Positions 9,091-18,353 of a stretch of 64,000 nucleotides of DNA are shown here, in pieces (the stretch's first letter is position 1; every line of letters begins with the position of its first letter). A program made the translations under genes and the position numbers. Under the pieces are notes generated by a model, which had not been told where the DNA came from, searched no databases, and saw only the letters and a list, made by a program, of their open reading frames with translations. Source of the DNA: Candidatus Brocadiia bacterium (lineage in GTDB: Bacteria > Planctomycetota > Brocadiia > CAIUPP01); the NCBI GenBank assembly GCA_050015075.1, contig JBEKCB010000009.1:64001-128000 (forward strand). Direction: 5' to 3'.

Positions 9091-10830
9091 ATGGCGAATT
9101 TCTTCACCGACAACGCCGACATCCGCTTCCACTTCGACACGATGGACCTGCGCGAGATCGTCGCGCTCAAGGAAGGCGATTTCAGCGAGCGGCAGAAATT
9201 CCCGTACGCCCCGGCTTCGCACGAGGAAGCCGTGGAAGGCTATCGCCGGATTCTCGAGCTCGTCGGGCAGATCGCCGGCGACGTGGTGGCCCCGCGCGCG
9301 CCCGACGTGGATGCCGAAGGCGCGCAGCTCCATGACGGCGTGGTCACCTACGCGCACGGCACGCGCGAGGCGCTCAAGGCGCTCTCCGGCGCCGACCTGA
9401 TGGGCTTCACGCTCCCGCGCCGCTACGGCGGACTCAACCTGCCGACGATCCTCTACACCTCCGCGATCGAGATGGTCTCGCGCGCCGATGCGGCGCTGAT
9501 GACGATCTTCGGCCTGCAGGATATCGCCGAGACGATCAACAGCTTCGCCTCCGAGGAGCAGAAGCAGCGCTACCTGCCGAAATTCTGCAGCGGCGAGGTG
9601 ACCGGCGCGATGGTGCTGACCGAGCCGGACGCCGGAAGCGACCTGCAGGCGGTGCGCCTGCGCGCGTACCAGGACCCGAGCGGCCAGTGGCGCCTCAACG
9701 GCGTCAAGCGGTTCATCACCAACGGCTGCGGCGACGTGCTGCTCGTGCTCGCGCGCACCGAGGAAGGCACGCGCGACGGCCGCGGGCTGAGCATGCTGGT
9801 CTGCGAGAAAGGCCCGAAGGTGGTCGTCCGGCGGATCGAGAACAAGCTGGGCATCCACGGCTCGCCGACGTGCGAGCTGCACTTCAAGGACACGCCCGCC
9901 GAACTCGTCGGCCAGCGGCGGCGCGGGCTGACGAAGTACGTGATGTCGCTGATGAATGGCGCGCGTATCGGCATCGCCGCGCAGGGGCTGGGCATCGCCG
10001 AGGCGGCCTACCGCGACGCGCTCGCTTACGCCGTCGAGCGCGAGCAGTTCGGCAAGCGCATCGTGGACATGGCGCAGGTCGCCGACCTGCTCGTCTCGAT
10101 GAAAGTCGGCATCGAGAGCGCGCGGTCGCTGCTCTACGAGACCTCGCGCGTGGTGGACCTGGCGCAGGGTTACGAGCGCCTCGCCGAGACGGCGGACCGC
10201 AACGATCCGAAGACGAAGGAGATCAAGGAGAAGAGCGCCCGCTACAACCGGCAGGCGAGCATCCTCACGCCGATGTCGAAGTACTACTGCTGCGAGATGT
10301 GCCTGAGCGTCACCAGCGCGGCGATCCAGGTCCTCGGCGGCAGCGGCTACATGCGCGACTACAACCTCGAACGCCACTACCGCGACGCGCGCATCACCAC
10401 GATCTATGAGGGCACCTCCGAACTCCAGGCCGTGGCCATCATCGCCGGCCTCAACGGCGACAAGCTCGACGACTGGTTCGCCGGGCGCGCCGACCGCACC
10501 TACGAGGGCGGCACCGCGCTCCTCGCCGCGCTCGCCAGCCAGACGCAGCAGCGGCTGAAGGACGCGATGGGCTTCCTCAAGGCCGAGGCGAACACCGAGT
10601 ACACCGACCTGATGGGCAAGCGCCTGAGCGATACCGCCTGCGCCGGCGTCATCGGCCTGCTCCTCCTCGAAGAGGCGCAGCGGTCGCCGCACAAGCGCAT
10701 CATCGCCGAGAAGTTCATCCGCGACAGCGCCATCCGCACCGCGGCCAACCACACGGCGATCACCTCCGGCAACGACCTGGTGCTGCGCGAGTACAAGACC
10801 CTGCTCGGGCCGGACCTGCCCAAGGCTTGA
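9091..10830 (+). CDS. Acyl-CoA dehydrogenase with C-terminal extension (Etf-linked, anaerobe type)
   Basis: LTEPDAGSD, NGVKRFITNG, KLGIHGSPT, QVLGGSGY, RITTIYEGT. Confidence 0.93.
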   Translation: MANFFTDNADIRFHFDTMDLREIVALKEGDFSERQKFPYAPASHEEAVEGYRRILELVGQIAGDVVAPRAPDVDAEGAQLHDGVVTYAHGTREALKALSGADLMGFTLPRRYGGLNLPTILYTSAIEMVSRADAALMTIFGLQDIAETINSFASEEQKQRYLPKFCSGEVTGAMVLTEPDAGSDLQAVRLRAYQDPSGQWRLNGVKRFITNGCGDVLLVLARTEEGTRDGRGLSMLVCEKGPKVVVRRIENKLGIHGSPTCELHFKDTPAELVGQRRRGLTKYVMSLMNGARIGIAAQGLGIAEAAYRDALAYAVEREQFGKRIVDMAQVADLLVSMKVGIESARSLLYETSRVVDLAQGYERLAETADRNDPKTKEIKEKSARYNRQASILTPMSKYYCCEMCLSVTSAAIQVLGGSGYMRDYNLERHYRDARITTIYEGTSELQAVAIIAGLNGDKLDDWFAGRADRTYEGGTALLAALASQTQQRLKDAMGFLKAEANTEYTDLMGKRLSDTACAGVIGLLLLEEAQRSPHKRIIAEKFIRDSAIRTAANHTAITSGNDLVLREYKTLLGPDLPKA

Positions 10831-10973
10831 CGGAAAGCGGGAAATGCACGGCGCAGGTTCCCGGGCTTCGCGCTTCCCGTTTTTCGCTCGCCCAGGCTGC
10901 CCCTTGCTTGCGCCCCTCTTTTGTGCTATGAAACTAGCATGGGGGCGGCAGCGGTTCGATTCGGGAGGCGGTT

Positions 10974-12272
10974 GTGGCGGAGATTGACCCGTTCCTCAAG
11001 ATGGGCCGTCAGATTGACGCGTCCGACGTCCACATCGCCGTCGGCTCCCCGCCGATGATCCGCCTGAATGGCGCGCTCCGCAAGGTGAAGTACCCGGCCT
11101 TCACGGCCGACGACACGAAGCGCCTCTTCCACGAGATCCTGACCCCGGAGCAGGTGAAAGAGCTCGACAATGAGTGGGAGCTCGACCTGAGCTACGACTC
11201 GGGGGAAGCCGGCCGCTGCCGCGCGAACATCTGCGTGCAGAACCGCGGGCTGGACGGCACCTTCCGGCTCATCCCGTCGGTGGTCAAGGGGCTCGACGAC
11301 CTCGGCTTCCCGCCGGTCGTCAAGAAGTTGCTGGAGTACCGCCAGGGCATGATCCTCGTCACCGGCAAGGCCGGCTGCGGCAAGACCACCACGCTCTCGG
11401 CGATGATCAAGCACCTCAACGAGCGCCGCTACGACCACATCATCACCCTCGAAGACCCGATCGAAATCCTCCACCCGATGATCCACTGCCAGGTGACGCA
11501 GCGCGAGGTCGGCGTCCACACCTCGTCGTTCGGCCGCGCGCTCCGCGCCTGCCTGCGCGAGGACCCGGACATCATCATCGTCGGCGAAATGCGCGACCTC
11601 GAGACGATCTCCAACGCCATCACCGCCGCCGAGACCGGCCACCTGGTGCTTGCCACCCTTCACACGACCAACGCCGCGCGCACCATCGGCCGCATCCTGG
11701 ACGTGTTCCCGCCGAGCCAGCAGGGCCAGATCCGCACGATGCTCGCCGACGCGCTCCGCGGCATCATCTCGCAGCAGCTCGTTCCGACCTCCGACGGCAA
11801 AGGCCGCGTCGTCAGTCTCGAGGTGCTCGTCGTCACGCCGGCCATCTCGAACCTCATCAAGGAAGACCGCACCTTCCAGATCCCCTCGCTGATGCAGACC
11901 GGAGTCAAGCTGGGCATGCAGCTCATGGACGACGGCCTCTACAAGCTCCTGCAGCAGGGCGTCATCACGCCGGAGACCGCGCTCGAGCGCGCCTACGACC
12001 GCAGCAAGTTCACCGACCTGACCAAGACGCGCGAGCGGCAGATCAACTGGGAGGAGTTCATGGCGCTGCCGGACGACAAGGCGAAGAAGAAACTGCTCAT
12101 CCAGATGGGCACGGTGCTCATGGACCGGAAGACCAAAGCCGCCCATTCGATCAAGCGGGAGCGCGTGCCGTTCCTCTTCTTCCAGACCAAGCACGGCAAG
12201 CTCCCCGAAGATGCGATCTGGGCGGAGCTCACGCGGCTTTATCCGGAAGTCGCCTTCTCGGCGGAGGAGTAA
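10974..12272 (+). CDS. pilT: PilT/PilU family ATPase with an extra C-terminal segment
   Basis: ASDVHI, Walker A GKAGCGKTT, TLEDPIE, LREDPD, GEMRD, AETGHLV.ATLH, AISNLIKE. Confidence 0.88.
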   Translation: MAEIDPFLKMGRQIDASDVHIAVGSPPMIRLNGALRKVKYPAFTADDTKRLFHEILTPEQVKELDNEWELDLSYDSGEAGRCRANICVQNRGLDGTFRLIPSVVKGLDDLGFPPVVKKLLEYRQGMILVTGKAGCGKTTTLSAMIKHLNERRYDHIITLEDPIEILHPMIHCQVTQREVGVHTSSFGRALRACLREDPDIIIVGEMRDLETISNAITAAETGHLVLATLHTTNAARTIGRILDVFPPSQQGQIRTMLADALRGIISQQLVPTSDGKGRVVSLEVLVVTPAISNLIKEDRTFQIPSLMQTGVKLGMQLMDDGLYKLLQQGVITPETALERAYDRSKFTDLTKTRERQINWEEFMALPDDKAKKKLLIQMGTVLMDRKTKAAHSIKRERVPFLFFQTKHGKLPEDAIWAELTRLYPEVAFSAEE

Positions 12273-12305
12273 CGTTGAGCGGCGCCGAGCGTGGAAAGGT
12301 AAGTT

Positions 12306-13391
12306 ATGGCCCAGGCCGATGAATGGCTGCTGAAGATGCGCGCGCTCGGCGCCTCGGACCTGCACCTCTTCGCCGGGTCCCCGCCGAAGCTCCGCATCAC
12401 CGGCGACCTGCACCCGACGAACGAGGCGATCCTGACCAACGAACGCCTCCGCGAAATTCTCCCGGAGCTTTGCACGCCCCAGCAATGGGAGAGTTTCGTC
12501 AAGGACAGCGACATGGACTTCGCGTACGCCATTCCCGGGTACGCGCGCTTCCGCACGAATTACCTGATGCAGCAGTTCGGCATCGGCGCGGTCATGCGCA
12601 TGATCCCGGACAAGATGCTGACCTTCGAGGAACTCGGCCTGCCCAATACCGTGCTGCAGTTCGTCGAACTCGGGTTCGGCCTCGTCCTCGTCACCGGGCC
12701 GACCGGCTCGGGCAAGACCACCACGCTCGCGAGCATCATCAACTACATCAACGACCATTACCGCCGCCACATCCTCACCATCGAGGAGCCGATCGAGTTC
12801 GTCCACCAGCACAAGCAGTGCCTCATCACGCAGCGCGAGGTCGGCCTGCACACGCACAATTTCGCCGCGGCGCTGCGCTCGGCCATGCGCATGGACCCGA
12901 ACGTGGTCCTCGTCGGTGAAATGCGCGACACGGAAACCATCTCGCTGGCGCTGACCTGCGCCGAGATGGGCATCCTCGTCTTCGGCACCCTGCATACCAA
13001 CAGCGCCTCGAAGACCGTGGACCGCATCATTGACGTGTTCCCCGCCGAGGAGCAGGCGCGCATCCGCACCATGCTCGCCGGCTCGCTGCAGGGCGTCATC
13101 GCCCAGCAGTTGCTGCGCACCGCCTCGGGCAAGGGGCGCGTCGCCTCCTTCGAGGTGCTCGTCGCCTCGCCGGCGCTCGGCAACCTCATCCGCACCGCGC
13201 AGACCGCGAAGATTGACTCCATGATCGAAAGCGGCGGCAAGATGGGCATGCAGACCATGGATTCGCACATCCAGAAACTTCTCGATGCCGGCACGATCAC
13301 CGGCGAAGAGGCGTACATGAAGGCCTTCGACAAGAGCAAATTCGAGAAGCACTGGAGCTTCACCGTCGAAGAGGACGAAGAAGCGAAGTGA
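12306..13391 (+). CDS. pilT: PilT/PilU family type IV pilus retraction ATPase
   Basis: ASDLH, GPTGSGKTT, TIEEPIE, GEMRD, GTLHTNSA. Confidence 0.9.
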   Translation: MAQADEWLLKMRALGASDLHLFAGSPPKLRITGDLHPTNEAILTNERLREILPELCTPQQWESFVKDSDMDFAYAIPGYARFRTNYLMQQFGIGAVMRMIPDKMLTFEELGLPNTVLQFVELGFGLVLVTGPTGSGKTTTLASIINYINDHYRRHILTIEEPIEFVHQHKQCLITQREVGLHTHNFAAALRSAMRMDPNVVLVGEMRDTETISLALTCAEMGILVFGTLHTNSASKTVDRIIDVFPAEEQARIRTMLAGSLQGVIAQQLLRTASGKGRVASFEVLVASPALGNLIRTAQTAKIDSMIESGGKMGMQTMDSHIQKLLDAGTITGEEAYMKAFDKSKFEKHWSFTVEEDEEAK

Positions 13392-13504
13392 ACTCGAGCG
13401 CGGGCACTGCTCCCCGTTCTGCAGTCCCCACTCGACAGTTCGCACTCCTCAGTCCGGACTCCTCACTCCGCGCTTAAGTCGCGAGGAAGGAAGGAGCGAG
13501 CGAC

Positions 13505-14026
13505 ATGGGAGCCGTCGGCTACGTCATCGTCGCGCTGGTCATCACCGTCGTCGTCCTCGTCGCACTCTTCACGGTTTACCGGAGTCGCGGCCAACGGCCG
13601 GACCTCGTCATCCACATCAGCGCGCCGGTCATCAAGCCGGTCAACAACCGCCCGGAGTGGTACCTGGATTTCGTCGCGGAATTCGCCAACGTCAGCCCGG
13701 CCGCGCTCTCAGTCGTCGGCTTGCGCTCGGCCGTCTCCGCCCCGAAGCAGGCCCCGCTCGAGGCCAAGCGCATCCTCGGCGACGACGAGAGCCAGCGCCA
13801 CGCCGTGCACCATCCGCCCGACATCGCCCTGCGCCTGCCCATCGCAGTCGCGCCCGGCCGCCGCGTCAACTACCGCTTCCACATCTTCTTCTCCGTCCAT
13901 CTGCGTCGCATGTGGGACAAAGGACTCCTCCACCTTTACGCGACCGCCGACGACGGAGCCGCCTACGAAGCCGTCCGCGTCCTCACCGCGCCCGAAGACG
14001 AATCCGCCAGACCGCCCGCTGAATAG
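13505..14026 (+). CDS. Hypothetical membrane-anchored protein
   Basis: N-terminal TM helix, AAGGAG RBS, typical codon bias. Confidence 0.6.
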   Translation: MGAVGYVIVALVITVVVLVALFTVYRSRGQRPDLVIHISAPVIKPVNNRPEWYLDFVAEFANVSPAALSVVGLRSAVSAPKQAPLEAKRILGDDESQRHAVHHPPDIALRLPIAVAPGRRVNYRFHIFFSVHLRRMWDKGLLHLYATADDGAAYEAVRVLTAPEDESARPPAE

Positions 14027-14249
14027 CCCCGCCTTTAATCGCAGTTGAACGCTTTCCGAGTACCCCGCATTCTCACACACATCTGTCTGATCGTTTCAGC
14101 CATGCGGCACTGACAACCGGCCCTATCGGCGGACGGTCTCCTTCGCCCAGCGCGTGCCGCGTATGACGCTTTTCTACTATTGATTGTGGAAAAGGCTGTC
14201 TGGAGGCTGCATGACAGGTTGTGAAAAGCTGCAAGAATCGTCCGGGCGG

Positions 14250-14265
14250 GCACTACATATTGTAT
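14250..14265. promoter_or_regulatory. NrdR-box-like site upstream of mraZ
   Basis: GCACTACATATTGTAT versus consensus acaCwAtATaTwGtgt. Confidence 0.4.
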
Positions 14266-14344
14266 ATAGGCTCAAATACCACACATCGCCTAGGTGTTTT
14301 TCCTATGGTAGCTCAGCGTTTTACCTCTAAAAGCCGTTTTTCTC

Positions 14345-14408
14345 TTGACTGTGGGGCTCGATTCCACTATTTTTATGTCATGTGTCTCTCAGTGGGGGTA
14401 AATCCCAC
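14345..14408 (+). promoter_or_regulatory. mraZ/dcw promoter with GTGGG motifs (putative MraZ autoregulatory sites)
   Basis: TTGACT-17-TATTTT. GTGGGG at 14351 and 14392, each followed by an inverted (C)CCAC. Confidence 0.5.
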
Positions 14409-14441
14409 AGAGATACGATTTCTTTTTGCGGTGAACGACTC

Positions 14442-14939
14442 ATGTTCGTCGGTAAGTACCCAGTCCGGCTCGACGCCAAGAACCGGGTCATTGTACCGCA
14501 GCGACTGCGCGAGTCACAAATCGAGGGTGGCCCGCTCTGGTCGAAGTTCTATCTGACCCTCGGGACAGAATCCTGCATCGCCGTCTACACGCCGGAAGGC
14601 TGGCAACAGTTAATGCAGGAGATGGGCGCGGCGAAATCGGTGGTGGACGAGTCGGTGAGAATCCTTCAGCGCATGACCGCCGCAAACGTGGATATGCGCG
14701 AGTGTGACGCGCAAGGACGGGTGGTCCTTTCCGACGAGCTGCGCAGCCACGCGGGAATCACGCGCGACCTGATCTGGATCGGCGCGGTGTCCCGCGCGGA
14801 AATCTGGAACCCGGAACGCTGGGCTGCGTTCAACCGGAAACATATTGCGGAGCTGGGCGAGAAGATGGACATCGTCTCACGAGCCGGTCTCGCCCTGCCC
14901 GAACGAAACGATCCTTTGAGGAGAGGGCCGCAGGGCTGA
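14442..14939 (+). CDS. mraZ: Transcriptional regulator MraZ
   Basis: MFVG....LDAKNRV.VP..LR, DAQGRV, G...RAEIW. First gene of the dcw cluster. Confidence 0.92.
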   Translation: MFVGKYPVRLDAKNRVIVPQRLRESQIEGGPLWSKFYLTLGTESCIAVYTPEGWQQLMQEMGAAKSVVDESVRILQRMTAANVDMRECDAQGRVVLSDELRSHAGITRDLIWIGAVSRAEIWNPERWAAFNRKHIAELGEKMDIVSRAGLALPERNDPLRRGPQG

Positions 14940-15155
14940 CCCCGGCCTCTTCATCGCCTCCCGCATGGAGGCGCGGACAGAAGCGCAAATATGAGCAGCA
15001 CGATTCTCCGTAGTGAGAACAGTGTACGGGCTTGGCACCATCGGCATGGCGGCTTGCCCTGGAGGGGCGGGCGCTTCCGACAACATAAAATGTGCGGGAA
15101 GATGCAGCCCCCCCTCCTCGGGCATTTCGCCGCCGGCCTGACCGACGAGGACGCG

Positions 15156-16079
15156 ATGACGGAATCCGGGGCGCCGTTGCATGTGCCGGTGATGCTCGAG
15201 GAATCCCTCCGCCTGCTGGATCCAAAACCCGGCGAGACGATCGTGGACGGCACGCTCGGCGCCGGCGGGCATTCCCGCGCGATCCTGGCGGCGCTCGGCG
15301 CCGCGGGCCGGCTGATCGGCGTGGACCGCGATCCGAAGATGGCGCAGATCGCCCGCCAGAAACTGCTCGGCGTCTCCGCCGGCGCGAAAGTCGAAATCCT
15401 CACCGGCCACTTCGGCGACCTGCCGGCCGTTCTGGCGACCATCGGCGTCGAGGCGGCCGACGGCGTGCTGCTCGATCTGGGCGTGGCCTCGCCGCAACTG
15501 GACGATCCGTCGCGCGGGCTGAGCTATCGCGCCGACGGGCCGCTGGACATGCGCCTGACGCCGGACGCCGAGCTTTCGGCCGAGGAGTGGATCAACCGGG
15601 TCCCGCAGGACGAACTGGCGCAGGTGCTGCGCGAGTACGGCGAGGAGCGCTTCTCCGGGCGGATCGCCCGGGCCATCGTCGAGGCGCGCGCGCGCAAACC
15701 GATCCGCCGCACCGGCGAGCTGGCGGAGATCATTGCGCGCTCCGTACCGCGCGGCCCGCGCCGGCTGCACCCGGCGCGCAGGAGTTTCCAGGCGCTGCGC
15801 ATCCGCGTCAACGAGGAGATGCAGCAACTCGAACGATTTCTCGCGGCGATCGCCCGGCTGCTGAAGCCGGGCGGGCGCTGCGCGATCATCAGCTATCACT
15901 CTCTCGAAGACCGTCGCGTGAAGAACGCCTTTCGCGACGGCGCCCGGGAAGGGATTTACGAACTGCTGACCCGCAAGCCGATGCGGCCGTCATTTGCCGA
16001 AGTCTCCGAGAATCCTCGGAGCCGCTCCGCCCGGCTGCGCGCTGTCCGCAGAAACGACGCAGGCGTGAGCCTGAAATGA
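15156..16079 (+). CDS. rsmH: 16S rRNA m4C1402 methyltransferase
   Basis: HVPVML.E, DGTLGAGGHS, DLGV.S.QLD, PLDMR, ISYHSLEDR, NPRSRSARLR. Confidence 0.96.
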   Translation: MTESGAPLHVPVMLEESLRLLDPKPGETIVDGTLGAGGHSRAILAALGAAGRLIGVDRDPKMAQIARQKLLGVSAGAKVEILTGHFGDLPAVLATIGVEAADGVLLDLGVASPQLDDPSRGLSYRADGPLDMRLTPDAELSAEEWINRVPQDELAQVLREYGEERFSGRIARAIVEARARKPIRRTGELAEIIARSVPRGPRRLHPARRSFQALRIRVNEEMQQLERFLAAIARLLKPGGRCAIISYHSLEDRRVKNAFRDGAREGIYELLTRKPMRPSFAEVSENPRSRSARLRAVRRNDAGVSLK

Positions 16080-16092
16080 GAGGAATCGAAAC

Positions 16093-16410
16093 GTGACTCC
16101 GGCGCGGTACATCCTGTTGCTGCTGCTCGCCAGTTTCTTCGCCCTCCTGGGCGTGGCGCAGCGCGCGCATGGGGTTCACCTGGGGCTTCGCGTGGGGTAT
16201 CTCAAGGCCGAAACGGACCTCCTCGCCGAGAACAACCGCCAACTCCTCTGTGAAATCAGCGCGCTCTCCGATCCGGTGCAGATCGCCGGCCAGGTCGAGC
16301 GTATGAAACTTGCGCTGCTGGACCCGGTTGTGCTGACCAAGGCCGTCGCGGCGGAACGTGACGGCGAAACGGTCGCGCCGGTTCCGAAGGCCCCGCCGAC
16401 GCGGCGGTGA
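16093..16410 (+). CDS. ftsL: FtsL-like cell division protein
   Basis: Lies between rsmH and ftsI. TM helix, coiled coil, LSDP..I motif. Confidence 0.6.
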   Translation: MTPARYILLLLLASFFALLGVAQRAHGVHLGLRVGYLKAETDLLAENNRQLLCEISALSDPVQIAGQVERMKLALLDPVVLTKAVAAERDGETVAPVPKAPPTRR

Positions 16411-16463
16411 CCGGCAGCGGCGCAAGTCGCGGACAAGGGATTTCGAGAGGAGAGGTTCAGGCC

Positions 16464-18326
16464 ATGGAGGCGTCCCCGCAGAAGAACTTTCGCCTGCGGC
16501 TGATCTGCGTCAGTTGCGCCCTCCTTGCCGCCTTCCTCGGACTGGCGGCGCGCCTGGCCTACGTCCAGGCTTACCAGCATCCGAAGTGGACAGCGCTCGC
16601 CGACCGGATGGAAGCCGATTGCGTGACGATCGAGGCGGAGCGCGGGCTGATCCTCAGCCGCGACGGACGCACCCTGGCCGCGAGCGCGCACGTGCCCTCG
16701 ATCTACATCAATCCGCGCGCCGTCCCGGCTGAGCGCCGCGACGAGGTCGCCGCCGCGCTCGCGGAAATCCTCAAGGTGGACGCGAACGACCTGGCCGACC
16801 AGCTCGCCCGCCCGAAGTATTTTGTCTGGGTCAAGCGCAAAGTCTCGCCCTCGGAATCCGAGGCGGTGCTGGCCGCCGAACTGCCGGGCGTCGGCATCCG
16901 CGACGAACCGAACCGCTGCTATCCGAACGGCACGCTGCTCTGCCACGTGCTCGGCGCGGTCGGCGCCGACGGCAACGGGCTCGCCGGCCTCGAGGCGGAG
17001 GACAACGCGGCCCTCTCCGGCGCAGCCGGCTCGGAGTTGGTGTACAAGGACGGACTCGGCCGCACGATGTTCGCCGCGCATCTCTCGAACGCGCTGGAGA
17101 TGGTCAGCCCCGAAGAGACCCAGGCCGGCATGATCCGCCCGGCGGTGAACGGGCATTCGCTGATCCTCACAATTGACGCGCGCATCCAGGAGATCGTCGA
17201 GCAGGAGTTGCGCCAGGCATGCGAGAAATACAGGCCTGAGTCAGGCAGCTCCGTCGTGCTCGATCCATGGACCGGCGACGTGCTCGCGATGGCCTGCTGG
17301 CCGACGTTCGATCCGGCGCATTTCGCCTCGACGCCGCCGGCGATCCAGCAGAATATGGCCGTCTCCGTGGCCATCGAGCCGGGCTCCACGTTCAAGCCGT
17401 TCGTCTGCTCGAAAGCGCTCGAGGCGGGCGTGGTGACGCCCGACACGGTGTTCGACTGCCACCAGGGCGTGTACCGCATCGGCTCGCGCACGCTGCACGA
17501 CGCGCACGGCTACGGCCGGCTCAGCGTGCGCGACATCATCGCCTACAGCAGCAACATCGGCATGGCGCAGGTGGGCGAACGCCTCGGCCCCGAGCGGATG
17601 TACGCGGGGCTTTCCCTGTTCGGCTTCGGGCGCAAGACCGGCATCGAGCTGCCCGGCGAATCCGCCGGACTGCTCCATCCGCTCCGGCAGTGGACGAAGC
17701 TGAGCGTCTCCTCGCTCCCGATGGGCCAGGAAGTCGCCGTCAGCGCGCTCCAGTTGACCGCCGGATTCTGCACGTTCGCGAACGGCGGCTGGTGGGTCCG
17801 TCCGCGGATCGTGCTCGGGACGGCCGACAGCCAGGGCCGCAACATGCTTCGGAGCGCCACGCCGCCGGCGTACCATCGCGTGCTCGACGAGCGCGTCGCG
17901 AAGCTGATGTGCGGCGACCTCCTCGCGGCGGTCGTCGAGAGAGGCACGGCGCGCGACTCCGCCATCGCGGGCTACCAGATGTCCGGCAAGACCGGTACGC
18001 CCCAATTGTCGCGGCCGGGCGCGCGCGGATACGAGCCGGGCGCATACGCCTCGGTGTTCGTCGGGATCGTCCCGACGAGCGCGCCGAGGTTCGTGATCAG
18101 CGTCATGATCAAGAAGCCGCAGGCGGCGTATTACGGCGGCGTGGTCGCCGCGCCCGCGGTCGCGCATATGGCCGAACGAATCCTGAGCATGTTCCAGGTC
18201 CCGCGCGAGTCGCCGGATGAGCCGGAAACCAAGGCCGTCGTCACGAAAGCGGCGTTATCGCAGAAATTGAACCATGAGGCTTTCACCACGAAGAACGCGA
18301 AGGACGTGAAGAAAGAAACGTGGTGA
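16464..18326 (+). CDS. ftsI: Class B PBP, FtsI/PBP3
   Basis: TM anchor, RG.I..RDG, EPGSTFK (SxxK), YSSN (SxN), KTGT. Confidence 0.92.
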   Translation: MEASPQKNFRLRLICVSCALLAAFLGLAARLAYVQAYQHPKWTALADRMEADCVTIEAERGLILSRDGRTLAASAHVPSIYINPRAVPAERRDEVAAALAEILKVDANDLADQLARPKYFVWVKRKVSPSESEAVLAAELPGVGIRDEPNRCYPNGTLLCHVLGAVGADGNGLAGLEAEDNAALSGAAGSELVYKDGLGRTMFAAHLSNALEMVSPEETQAGMIRPAVNGHSLILTIDARIQEIVEQELRQACEKYRPESGSSVVLDPWTGDVLAMACWPTFDPAHFASTPPAIQQNMAVSVAIEPGSTFKPFVCSKALEAGVVTPDTVFDCHQGVYRIGSRTLHDAHGYGRLSVRDIIAYSSNIGMAQVGERLGPERMYAGLSLFGFGRKTGIELPGESAGLLHPLRQWTKLSVSSLPMGQEVAVSALQLTAGFCTFANGGWWVRPRIVLGTADSQGRNMLRSATPPAYHRVLDERVAKLMCGDLLAAVVERGTARDSAIAGYQMSGKTGTPQLSRPGARGYEPGAYASVFVGIVPTSAPRFVISVMIKKPQAAYYGGVVAAPAVAHMAERILSMFQVPRESPDEPETKAVVTKAALSQKLNHEAFTTKNAKDVKKETW

Positions 18327-18353
18327 AAACAAGTCCATGAGAGGAAGTGAAGC

